Source: Ptychomitrium polyphyllum (lineage: Eukaryota). Taken from it: a stretch of DNA of 64,000 bases. Under the pieces are notes generated by a model that worked only from the letters and a program-made list of their open reading frames with translations, was not told where the DNA came from and did not search any database. Both the position numbers and the translations under genes were made by a program. Below are positions 26,625-39,300 of the stretch, piece after piece (position 1 is the stretch's first letter; the number at the start of each line of letters is the position of its first letter). The DNA lies in contig OZ316776.1 of NCBI GenBank assembly GCA_973851085.1, forward strand, positions 2,790,001 to 2,854,000. Reading direction: 5' to 3'.

Positions 26625-29600
26625 TTTTGCGCACTAAGGTGTGTAAACTTCCTCATGATGTGCTCGTAGTTCATAATGTTCCATAGAAACTCTGTCTTGG
26701 GTTACATTTGACATGATCAAAACTTAGAGATATTTGAATGCAGTACGCCAGCAAAGGGCTGTCGTTATGCTTTGAGAGGGGAATCGTATCAGCCATTCAC
26801 ATGATGCTTGTAAATATGTAATATTTGTTCGTAGTACGGCTTATTGATTGAGCATAAGTCCTCGAAGTCCTGATATAGACAACCCTGGTTAGTTAGGCAG
26901 ATGCTGATACAACCCGTGGTGCCTTTTCTCCCGGTCCTAAAACAGTCATGCTACTATAGCAGCCTGGCGGATGATCCTGGAGCCTGAATGTCCATCACCA
27001 CCCACACCAATACATGCTGAAGCCTGCCAGCCAAGCCTGCCTCCACCTATACCAGTGAGAGAGGAAAGGAGCCGAGCTGTGCCCACACTTAATGAAGTGT
27101 TACTCAGTCCCCTCCCTTGATACTGTCTGCTTAGGAGGAACTGGCGTACCTGGAACTGTGTGGGATTATTCTGTTGAGATACATATCAGCTCAGGGAGTT
27201 TTAGCACGTGTCATGCGCCCTGCCACTTTACTTAGATGTAGATGCCACCTTGCCAGCTGAAAATGCATATACTTGATTTTACCGGTCTTCCTACTCACAG
27301 GGTTCTTACTGGTGATAGTGCCACAGATTAGATAGTGCACTTGAAACACTCCCTTTCTAGTTGTACTGTGAATTATTCTCTTTTTCCTTGACGCCCCTTG
27401 TTATCTATTGAGCCAGTTCTAAGACACTAGGGTTGACCACATGGACTGTATGTGTGGCGCCCCGTTTTGTGAATGGCCCTTTATGTACTTATGATGCCCT
27501 CCTTATTTAGTAGAGAACTTGAAAATGTCATGATATTCAGACCAGATGTTGCAACCTTCTACTCTGAATACTATAGCACCAGTTTTGTGTGGACAAGCTT
27601 GTAGCTCTTTTTTCCCTTGATCTCTGGCTGATGATTCCACATCCTGACTTTGACCAGCTCTAAACTTATCTCCAGTGCTTAAAGAATTATGGAAGACATT
27701 TTAAACGGCCTTTCTGGGATGAAGGTGTTCAAGATTACTCCTTTATTTAGTGTGCCCTTTTTTCGAACCCTCAGTAGAATTCTCTGCAACGCCATCAAAA
27801 TGTTCTCAATGATTGGACTATTCACAATGATCGAAGCCCTTGGACCGCTCTCCCACTATGAAAATGAGGACATGACTCAGTAATTAGCGACCAGTTCCTT
27901 GATTGGGGTGCCTATGTATTGTTCCTTGGTATTAGCATTTGTATTATCTTGTGGAACACCTTACCCTCTTTCTGGGTTGTCTCTTACATGTCCAAAGGAG
28001 TCAGTGCCGCTGCCATTGTAACCCTGTGCAGTATGTGCGAGCAGGTTTTGACTTTTGATGCAGAAGTTACAGTGGAATAGCTGCCAACCTGGTGGTTCTT
28101 CTCAAAGGTTTGAACCAGTAAGTTCAGGTATGTCTAACCTTCAATTTATTTAAACTAACATTATGTATTATATACTACGTCTCAACTACTCTACTCCACC
28201 TTTTGCTCAAGTTTTCTTGTAGGCATGTATATATGTTTTTTCCGGTTGTCTTCATCATGATTGGGTCTTAAATGGTGTCCGTCACTCATTCACAATATCT
28301 TCATTGTTGAAATGAATGGATTCTATTCTAGTCTTATGCTGATTTTTCATGATTTGTATGGTAGGACAGGAAGGTTGTCTTTAGATACAGATCATGGCTA
28401 TATTCAGTTCTAAATTTCTACTGTTCTTCAAACACTGACTACTAGCATTGAGTCTACTCCATAGGAACAACTTCATAGAGTCTACCACGGTAGTGACTGG
28501 TTTCCGTATACTGCGACTAGTTTAAGCTAGAGTAATATGGGCATGTAGCAAGCTTGCTCCGAGTAATTCTTATGAGCTCCTAGACCTTTATCTTGTTTTT
28601 AGTCACTGTGCTCGTACGCACAGAACCTTGAACGTGGATGTGATATAAGGACATTGGCTATCAGCAAATCAATCGACAAAGGCGGATCTTGTAGGATACC
28701 TCTATAAGGAGGATTTTATTGAAGGGGTGTGTCTGGTAATGTGGGGTGTAAGTAGTCAGGTGACGGTAGTAGTTGTACTTTGAGGGTTTATTCTAACTCA
28801 ACTGATTGCTCATCAAATGGTGTTTTTTTATTAACCCAGCCACTGCATATTGTTTTTCTTAGTTGAGCAATTCAGGATTTATGGTGGCAGCACAGGAATA
28901 AAAATCTGGTAAGAAACAGCAACATCCAGTATCCAGCATGACTAGAGTGAGGATGCCTTGCTTTGAAGTAGTTAGTTTGCTCCCTCACTAGATATGCTAG
29001 ATTTCAAGACCATTGTTGTTGGTCTTTCTATACAAGGCCTTCTGAGTGCATCAATTTTCTCTTCCTTTTCTGACTATGGTACCAAGGATCAAGTTTCCAT
29101 TCCTAGACATTCTTTATTTTCTACAAGGGCTGCAAAGTGCACGGAGTGAGTGCACGGAAGTCTATGCACTGTTGCAGCAATCTGTAAACAATTCCAGGGA
29201 TTTCATGAACTAAGCAGATGCAGAAATTCCCAAAGAGGATACTTGCCCTTGCCTTATGATCTATGCTTTCGCTTAGAAACAAAGTTTGAAATGAATGTCA
29301 TTGCTGAAGTGCGTTGCAATTACAGTGGGTTTGCATCATTCTACAGTTCCTATTGAAATTAGACTGTGTGCAATATTGGTAAATGCTCACTTTACTATCA
29401 AGCTCTGGAGTTGGAAGGTTATCTTGGTTTCATTGGATTAATCTTCTTGATCTTCAAGGGTCATTCAGATTGAACCTCGCCTGCAGAGACCTCAATACCC
29501 TCAACTCTACGCAACTATAACAGTCCACCACTCCAAGACCACTTCTGGCATGTCCCTAAATGAGGCAGAATACTCTACCACCTCCTAAAGAGTTGAAACC

Positions 29601-29990
29601 GGGGCCCCTGTCGTACCTGTTGTTTCATCACTAAAACGTTCTTTTACCAGTAGATAATGTCGATGGTTTTGGGTAGAATGCGGTATCAGTCAAGGAGATC
29701 GTCCTTGAATGTAGACCGGTCCTAGATATGAGAGGTATCTCATATTCTCTCAATGTTGGTACAGTGTCTGTGAAGACACCCTTGATGATACAAATGGTGT
29801 TGGAAAGTGAGTTAGGATTGAATTCATGTATGGCTTTAGAGTAGCTGATAAACTTTCTGCAAGTGCAACGGAACCTCATCCATAAAAGTAGACTAGGACG
29901 CCAGTTGAAGGAGTTCTGCCATTGGGAGCTTTTCGTGCGAAGGTGAGCCTTTCGTCGATGCTCTGATTCCTGTCACGGCTATGGCAGAGC

Positions 29991-29998
29991 TAGGGTTT
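29991..29998. promoter_or_regulatory. Telo-box upstream of FKBP16-4
   Basis: TAGGGTTT lies about 90 nt upstream of the start codon. Confidence 0.4.
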
Positions 29999-30085
29999 CA
30001 TCTTTGATACTGCCAGTCGCAATTGACGTGTGCGCATTGCCCGGCACACGCAACATCAAATCCTAGCGACCGCATGATCATCGCC

Positions 30086-32601
30086 ATGGCCTCCACTTCT
30101 GTCTCGTTGGCCCTGTCGTCGCGCTCGTACTCGCGCGCCCTCCTCGCTCGCCGTAAGTTCGTTCAATCCACCTGCTCGTGGTCGTTGTTCTTCTCTCTGC
30201 TTCACCGCATGCTGATTTTCTACTCCTACATGGTCGTTCCATACGGGAGGAACGTTAGTCGCTGGAGAGTATCAGGTGTTTCACTGGCGGATTTAGCTCT
30301 TTTAATTGCGCAGGATGAGCATCGTTGTTATGCAATCGTAAGTTGTTGGCGGGCAGTGTTTCGTCATTAGTCTGTTTATTTCTCTGTTAGATCTTCAGAA
30401 CTGTTGATTTCAACTGTCAGGTCTTAGCTTGTGACTGGAATTAGCTAGCGCTACGGTGAGTATCGCTCAGAAGGGACGTCTGCTGAATGGGGAAAGCCTT
30501 TGATTTGACTCGTTTGCAGGAGTTTTAACATTGGCTTGATGAATTGGTCGTGAACGAAGTTGCAGTTTTGCGTGTTTCCCTGTTTGTTGCAGGAACAGTG
30601 GGCAGTTGAGCTGCATTCTAGGTTGATTGAGTTATGAGAATCGATCTGTGGAGAGTGGTGAATGGATGTTCCAGTCGCGTGACTTTAATACAATCGTGAT
30701 AGTTGACCTTCGGATTCGAGTTCGTGGATGGCAGGTCTAGGCATGAGTTTAATCAGCTGCTGAGTGAACGCAGTTTAGCGAATATTTGAATGCAATTCCT
30801 TTGATGATCATGCAGGGGATTTGAATGTTCTTTATGCCTCGAAATCTTCACGAGTCCGGAGCGGATGGACAGCGGCTTCGGGAGGACGCGCTATGGCGAG
30901 TGAGGGCTCCGAGGGCACGTCCAGGAGGGAGGTCACTGTCGCTGCCATCCTTGCGAGTCTGTCATTAGGTATTTCTTTGCATCCATTAGTCCTGAACATT
31001 GGTATGACCAGTTACCAAAGGCATTATCAATTCTATCTCCAGGGATGCACTCCTGCGTACAAATTCTGGTCAGAGAGGCTTGAGACTAAGCAAATGAAGA
31101 GGTTTGTACCATATGCTTAAGAGGCTCAAGGAGAGAGAACCCTTTTGTTCTTCGCAGTTCTGGCACTTCTAAGATTCTGGAAGGATCGTGTATGCAGCAG
31201 CTACAGTAGGTTTCGGTGAAGACGCAGAGGCTGTGTCATCGAGCAGACGTGCTGTAAGTGTTATTTCTTGAAGGTGTTAAATATGCAGATCTTTTTAGGT
31301 TTTGTACTTTATTAGACGTTGTTGATATCATGTACTGTGAATGATTTTCGTGGATAGTGTGCTTTGAAAGCAAGCTCAAACTCTGTGCTCACTTCTGGCA
31401 GTTGCGTAGCGAATTAGTTCCAGAGAGCGACTACAAGACACTTCCTAATGGTCTCAAGTGAGTAATGACTCCTCTTGCTGTCGATGACTGCAGAAGTAGT
31501 AAGGCACGTCAGCGCAGTCGTGAATTTCACGAACTTCTTGCTTGTGTTCATCGTTTTATGCATCCAAATAAGCGGGCTCCTCTGAAGTATGGTCTTGTAA
31601 CAAAGAGTTGATGTTTCTGGAAAACAACTTTAGATACTACGATGTGAAAGTTGGAGGTGGAAAGGCGGCTGAGAAGGGTTCCCGTGTTGCGGTAAATCAT
31701 TCTACTATGTTTTTGCATCAGTTACATTTATTCGTTCTGTCGCTCTTGTTATTTGAGTCGTTCAGGATATTCCTTAATGAATACTTGGGTTCTTTGTTGT
31801 TGAGTTTGTTTAGGTTCACTATGTGGCCAAATGGAAAGGATTGACGTTCATGACAAGCCGACAGGGCATGGGAGTCACTGGAGGCACAGTAAGTTTACGT
31901 TTAAACTATTAGTGGATTTTCATTTCGACACCTCTTCAAATCGTCGTATCTAACTCAAGGCTTAAATTTGGTATCATATCTCTGAGAAATTTCATATTAT
32001 TATGCAGCCGTATGGATTTGATATTGGAGCTTCAGAATATGGAATTGTTTTGAAAGGCTTGGATTACGGTGTTGAGGGCATGCGAGTGGGAGGTCAGGTA
32101 CCCATGTCGACTTGCTTACTTTCTTTGTCCTTTGTCTTTATATCGTTACCCGGATATCTTATTCTTGAAGTATCATGTACGTAATTTCTGATTCGAATGG
32201 AACTTCCAACGTGGAATTTTGTAACCATCGTCCTTGCTGCAGCGTCTGCTCATTGTGCCTCCTGAGTTAGCATACGGTAACAAGGGCGTCCAGGAGATTC
32301 CTCCAAATGCTACACTTCAGGTGAAATTCTGCGATTCCTGAAAATGGTAGGAAGCTTTATTCTTTCACGTGTTAACCCTAAACGTTGGACTTATTGTTTT
32401 GTGTCCTTTTGTCGCAGTTTGATGTCGAGCTTTTGAGTATTAAGCAAGATAATTACGGGTATTTTCCATACCTCGTTTGTGCTTATCCAGCTTCATAGTT
32501 TGTTCTGTTTCTTCTGCAGAATCTAAGAGTGAGTATGAACATTTTGACTGAAAGGATCATGTTTCACTTGCAGGTCTCGTGTGAAAGTTGTGGAGGGTTA
32601 A
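30086..32601 (+). CDS. FKBP16-4: Thylakoid-lumen FKBP-type peptidyl-prolyl isomerase FKBP16-4 (about 232 aa; in-frame upstream ATG at 30074)
   Basis: Exons 30086-30152, 30816-30968, 31201-31253, 31402-31457, 31634-31691, 31814-31888, 32008-32097, 32243-32320, 32418-32458 and 32574-32601 (699 nt). A transit peptide is followed by a twin-Arg signal (SRREVTVAAILASL...EDAEA), then LPNGLKYYDVKVGGGKAAEKGSRVAVHYVAKWKGLTFMTSRQG...GLDYGVEGMRVGGQRLLIVPPELAYGNKGVQEIPPNATLQFDVELLSIKQ...VKVVEG*. Confidence 0.94.
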
Positions 32602-33166
32602 ATTCTTCTGTCTGTATGATCTACCTGGTGCATCATTTGTATCATGCGAGTAAAACGAACTTTTGCTCAATTTGCTACTGCTGCTGAAATTTTCTTTCGG
32701 AGGAACATACCACTGACTCCGAATTGATGTATTTCATAGAGAAATGATATATGGTTATTTTCACATCATCAGCTCATTTCCATATAGGTTAATTCCAACG
32801 GATTATCATGATACCCATAACCATAAACTGATTGATGTTTTGTTAATTCAATATGAATTTTTATTGATTTCTAGAATAGAATGTTAACAGTTGTTGAAAG
32901 AAGAATATCAATTCTTAAATGCCCAATGTTTTTGCAAGATACATTAAATCACTAATCTCAAAGGTTATTGTAGATGGATAAAGTGATTAATTATTTGTAT
33001 AAGTTTGGAAAAAATGATACCTAAGCATAGATTTCAAATTTCATTATGGTTATTGACCTATTTTCACCTTGAGACATTAATAATTTCTTAGAATTGAAAA
33101 ATATGAATTTCATATTTTATTTTATTTTTGTTATTGATTTATTTTGATTTATAAATGTAAAGCCTA

Positions 33167-33254
33167 TGTGATACTAGTTTATCTTGCTATAAATGAAACA
33201 TTTATGAGATTGTGATACTAGTTTATCTTGCTATAAATGAAACATTTATGAGAT
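33167..33254. repeat. Perfect tandem duplication, 2 x 44 bp
   Basis: tgtgatactagtttatcttgctataaatgaaacatttatgagat occurs at 33167-33210 and 33211-33254. Confidence 0.95.
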
Positions 33255-34569
33255 TATTTCTTAGATTGTATTTAAATATTCAAAAACAATAATTTTGTAC
33301 AAATTTATTACATCTATAAATTTTCTTTCCATCTTAGCACAAATTGGATTAAAAAACTTTGATTGTTATGTATGTTGTATGTTATATTATCATTGAATTC
33401 TACTTTATCTTCTTTAAACATGTGTTGCATTAGATATAATAGCTAAATAATAAATCTTACAAAAATTAATGTTAATATATATATCTTATTATTTTTCATC
33501 AATTATTTGTATTACATCTCTTGTGGCTTAATTTGACTAAATCCTTAACTTGACACATAAGATTCATTGATGAAAACCTATAATAATCTTATTCTTATGC
33601 TATTTTTTATACAATTTTTTAAAAATGAGTATAATAGGATTCAAATGGTTTAGAACTTTAAAGAGCTTATTATATTGCATTAAGTTACCTAAGTTTAAGA
33701 TCAAGGTTGTGGTTATTAAAACTTTCAATTTCAATAACTTCATAAATGATGTAATTATAAAAGATTATAAGATATAATGATTACTTTGCAATTTTAAAAC
33801 CTTATTATATTCATTTTTAATTAAATGGAATTTTATTTTTTTGATATTTAATTTGAGGAGTTTAATGCTATGTGATGATATCTAATAACACAAGTATAAT
33901 GTGCATTTTAATAATAACAAACCACATGAAAATAAATAAAGTGTAAAAACAATGTTTTTATAAGATATACACCTAGGTTATATAATCATTTGGAATATTG
34001 TTGTGGCTTTTAAGCTAATTTGACAAAATTATTGAACAACAAATTTATATATTGTTCCAAGTTTTGTAATTCTAATTTCTTTTTTAAATAAATTTTTATA
34101 ACATTACATTTGAGATTTCAAAAAAAATTCAAAAAATAATGGTATTTTTATAATAATAGATTTTATTTTTGTAAAATAGCTTATGTATTATATGAATTGA
34201 ACAAAGAGATGTTGACAAAATTAATTAGAACTTTAAAGTAAATGGCTCCAAGCACCGAATTTAAAGCCCTTAATTCCTATCACTTATTCCAACCCATAGA
34301 GTTGACAATAAGCATCCAAGGACTCTACATTTACAATCATGAACTTACAAGGTCAATGCTACCTTGGTCCATTAGATGGATGTTTAAATGTTTGTATATA
34401 TTGAATAGTTAAAAAGGTCTTATTAAAAAGCTTAAATTTGAATGTCAATTCAGGATATAAGAGGTCCAAAAAACCCTAAAATTGCCTTCTATGCTTCCTT
34501 CTGTTCAAGTTAGAAAACTCAAACCAATCCACCAATAACATTTGGAGTCTCAAATCTTTTTAGATGTAA

Positions 34570-36300
34570 TACGTGAAAAATATAGCTCTCCTATTCTTGC
34601 ATCATCACTCCATGCCAAAACCTCATGTCAAAACTTTAGCATGGCTTTGAAAGCATGGGTATCAATTCGTTACTCTAGCAACATCCCTCTCAAGCGTTCT
34701 TCATCTGCAAGGAAGATAGGTCCCTCAATGAACACATTGAAGTCGGTCCCTCATTTTAAGAATGTTTCAAAGAGACTGCAGTTTGAGTTGGTTTGTAGCA
34801 GTTAACATTCATCATGGTTCCAATCCCTTCCTACTGAGTGAACACTTTCTTCACGAATTGGGTGCACATATTTCATACTAAAACACTCAGGATTGTACCC
34901 CCTTGTGAGACATAACCTACTCCAGATACTTTTGCTTTTCTAGATAGAATCAGTAGGGCCACTGAGACCACAGAACCTGCGAGGTTGTGGCAGCGTAGAA
35001 GGGAGGCCAAAATAACTCATGCCCTTTCAGCCCCTGAGATTCTGCCACAGTGGCAAGGCGATGTTCCTCCCTCACCTTGTTTCTGCACTTCTCAAGTATT
35101 GAAACTGTCTTCTAGAAGGCTCTGCGGAGCAGCAAACGCTAACCATGTGAGAGTCGAATTCCGGCATTCAAGTCGTTGGAACCAGTCATGTTCCATGGTA
35201 AATTGTGACACTAACCAGTTTGGATGCAGCGGGTGAGTGGGCAAACTCTGACTCCAAATAATGCAAGGGAGTGAGGATTGATACAGCGTCTTACCATGTG
35301 CAACATGGACACTCAGTTTGCCAATGGCTCACTAATATTTCACTTGTCACTTCCTCTGCAAAATTTTCTGCACATCCTGACTTGGGCATTCTACCAAGGA
35401 CCGCTGTCCATGCATCCGTAGGCAAGGCGCCTTCCCAGGTTGCCAATTCTGCTTCGCGTTTCCATGCATGCGTGGTGAAGGGGGAAAACAAACCGTTTAT
35501 TATTGTAATCAGATGAGAGATTCGCCAACCAAAATGGCTACCAAGTCCCAAACAATAAGAATTCCTTCTTTCCCACACATCCACTCCTGGAGAAGACATG
35601 ATGAAATACACCACCAAAAATATAAGGATTGATTAAGACATTGTAATGACTGAAAAATGTGCCGATCCACCTTTGTTTGTGGTTGTGATAGTTCCTGTTG
35701 TATGCTACTTTTGCCCGCTGATGCTCACATGAAAGCTGACTCTGAGGAGAGGTAATAAGACTCAGATATAAATCAAAACTCAGAGAAATCACTACTTGAC
35801 TGATACTACTGAGACGCAGTTTATTTACACTTGATTTTAGTGATGAACTGCCATAGGGAGTCATATACTCCGATTGTGTATGAGTTACTCAGAGCATTCT
35901 GTGTTCACCAGATTTTGAGGCAATAATGTAGCTTGGATTTTTACACTGGATTGCTTGTGCACATAGAACATGCCTCTCAGGTTGGCATAGATTCTGAAGT
36001 TGAAAGCTTCATTCCTTAACCTGTTGATGCATGGAATATACACCCCTCAACTGCTTTGCAACTAGAAATGTGGTGTTTCTCAGTGTGCCATGTGGGTTCC
36101 TGTGGTCGCTTGATATGTTTTATTCCTTCTGCTTCACAGATGTTCCAGTGGATTATTCGGTTTGCCCATAACTGGAGGTTATCACCACCAAATTTACAGT
36201 TCAATCTCCCTCCTGGTATGTATGCTGAACTCTCGGGCATACACTAGATTCCAGGACCAAGATTTGAATATTTTGAAAGGGCCCCTTTTGAAGTTGTTAT
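34570..36300 (-). pseudogene. Decayed coding relic of unknown family (TE- or gene-derived)
   Basis: A GC-richer island within AT-rich DNA. Minus-strand protein-like text is broken by stops, e.g. FETFLK*GTDFNVFIEGPIFLADEERLRGMLLE*RIDTHAFKAMLKF*HEVLAWSDDARIGELY. No family recognised. Confidence 0.3.
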
Positions 36301-39300
36301 GATCAGCAGGCAGCCATGAGCAGGACCCTGGTATGGAATTTGCATGAAAACTGGCATAAGGTAGATGCCGGCGTTGTGGCTAGAATTGGCAGATTCTTAT
36401 ACTACAGAGCATGATAGGTTCAGGTGTTAGCATTTTAGAATGAAATTCAACCTAAGTGGTTTTACAACTTTTGGATTTAACGTGACTCATGAAATACAAG
36501 GAAAAGGTAATTACTGGGTAAAAGCATAATCAAAAAGTATAGTAAGTTGACCTCCGTGTTACTCCCTCTGCATTTCCACCAGAGTTGATATTTTGGCATG
36601 GATGTGACCGCTGCTTATTTGTACTTGAAAAGCTGTTTATCATGAACTAGAATCTCATAGAGCTCCAATGTAAAGACAAAAGTTGTATCTTACTCAGAAA
36701 TGAAATCATTCCAAGCAGGGTGCCAAATTAGGGCTAAAATTAGATCTTATGTTATAAAATTGAAAGCATTTTTATAAATGGCAAAGATGTAATCTCTTCT
36801 TTAAACACTAAGACAATATTAGGTATTTTGCATTGTAAAATCCATTCAATTGGGTTTAAACTTGGATTGACACAATTCGAATAAGTTGGACAATGAACTT
36901 AATTTCTTGTCAAAACAAGTTTTATGTGTTTCAAAAAGGATTTATTAAAATTCTGAGGCAGCTTGTAAAATGAGCAGCAATCATAAAATGGACATTATAT
37001 TATTTTAGAATTAACAAGGTCATAGTTCATGGAAATTCTATTCAAATTTATTGTGTAGTATTTGAAGTGAAATTTTCATTCGTTGAAATTTGCAAGAACC
37101 ATAGTTCATATTCTGCTTGATATGATTTCATCAACGAAGCATCAGTGGTCCCCACCACAGAGAAATCTCCATTTCTTTTGCTCCAGTTCAAAGCCCTAAG
37201 TGACAAAATATAATACACATAATTAAGTAGATATGAGAACGGTACTGAAAAGTCTTTCAACTATGATACTTGTAGGATAGCTAAAGAACATAATAAACTA
37301 GAATGACAAATAATGTCAAGTCATGGTTTTTTACATGTTTGAAAACTTTCAAGAAAGCTACATTTTTAAAAAGGAATTTTAAATCTATTGGATTTTACAC
37401 CCCTCGTGTTTAGAAGAGCCACTTTCAATGTAAATCCAATGTAACCAATAAGTATATAAAATTTATATTTTTGGAGCACCTTATGAATGTACAAGGAGAA
37501 GCAATACGTGGTTGAGTTTTTAAATTTTTGTTGATTGTTTTTGGTTCTTTATAAAATTTCCACAATTTAATAATATAATCTATATTATGTAATTTGTAAA
37601 TAGCTCTATTTATTCATTTAGGAAGAATAAGATTCAAATAATGTCATTGATAAACCATGATAATATAAAAAATTTAAATATAACTCCCCAAACGTAGGCA
37701 CATAGATTTAGACATTGAAAATTTCCAAATGTTCCAAATAAGCTGTTCTTAAGACCCTTCTTTCTACATCCTTTTTCTTTGATAAATTGCAAAGAGCTGT
37801 AATTGAAAATGTAAATTACAACCAAAAAAACCATTAAATTTTTTAACATACACCATTCTAAACTCGATTTTTTAATTTTGTTTGCAAAGAAATCATTACT
37901 AATTTAGTAATCTTTTTGGAATCAAAATTCTAAAAATACCTTGTTAACAACCAATTGTTTGTAGTAAAACCTTTTTTTTATTTTTAGAAAAGACTCCAAA
38001 CATCCCAACAGTAACTTAATTTCGTCATGCTACTCAACAATATAAGTGTTGCAGTCTTTTATTTTATTTTTGGATACAAGTGAACAATTCCTCCTTGATG
38101 CAATGCAAGAAAATTACAACCAAGCAAGTGAACCTACTAGTAAGAAAATATCCTCCACTGAACCTGAACTTAGCAACACTCACCACTCCAAAATCTCCAC
38201 AACACTTTGAGGTCAATATGTGATAGTGGAGGAGATGAACAACATTAAAGTATTGTTGTAAATAAGCATATGGTTGATCCTATATCCACAAGACACTCTT
38301 AAGAGTGTAAGGATACTTCCTTTACCCCAAGGTAGTCTTTCAACTAACCTACCAAAAACCAAAAAACAAAATGATAGAAATGCCAGAATGCATAAAATAT
38401 TCTTATCAGGTGCTTCCCATTCACCAACATGAGTTATTCATCCCTCTGATCTCAGATGAAGAACATGGACAGATTGACAGAGAAGCAACCTCAAAAAAGC
38501 CAACCTGTGTCTGCAGAAAACACATTGGAATTGGCTGAAACTCAAAGCTCTTGCAAAAGCTCTCCCACCTTGAAGGCTGTTATCTAGATGGGCGCAATGT
38601 TTATGGCAGAACAACCTAGGGAAATAAAAAGATTACTCAGTCTGAGTACTTGAGAAAAAATGTGATCATAACTTGAGTGTTGTCCAAGTTTCTCTCTTTC
38701 TTTGAAACAAGCAATAAATTAACTAAACAAGCATTGTAGTCCAAGGTTCATTGCAAATGTATTGGGCTTTTGTGTAACTTGGTTGAAATTTAGGACAAGA
38801 TTTCCTGCACGCAAGCTGTGTCTGTGTTCAAGTATCTGAAGCTTCTGCTACTTGAGTAGGAATATTGCACTCAAGTTGGACTGCCAACTTGGGCTTCCTC
38901 CAAAAATCTATTGCTTTTCAGCTTTGTCATATTTGAGTTGTGATGATGCCAATAGTGTGTATCAAAGTGTTTTTTAATGTATTTGGGGAGCATATGAAGA
39001 ATCTCATTACCAGTGGTGGCCCATTCTTACACTTGTACAGGAATTCAGTGCAAGTCCAGCTCTCTATGCATTGGTCCAAAACCCATTATAGATGCACTAA
39101 ATCCCACATGAAAATGATGGTCACTCATAGAATGTACATGTTATGCAAATTGCAACTTGCTTACAACTATTTGTTGCATATGATGAGTGAATTATGATGA
39201 AGAGAGCAGCTTCTAGTGTTGAGGTATAAAAAGAAAGGATCACATTACCACTTATGATTTAGCTACTTGGAAACTAAAATGCGTACAAACTTTCATCCAC

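Noticed and set aside
31195..31200. NAGNAG tandem acceptors (CAGCAG in FKBP16-4; also TAGCAG in SNRNP48 and CAGAAG in the KH gene)
   Set aside because: A common feature that would change only one residue.
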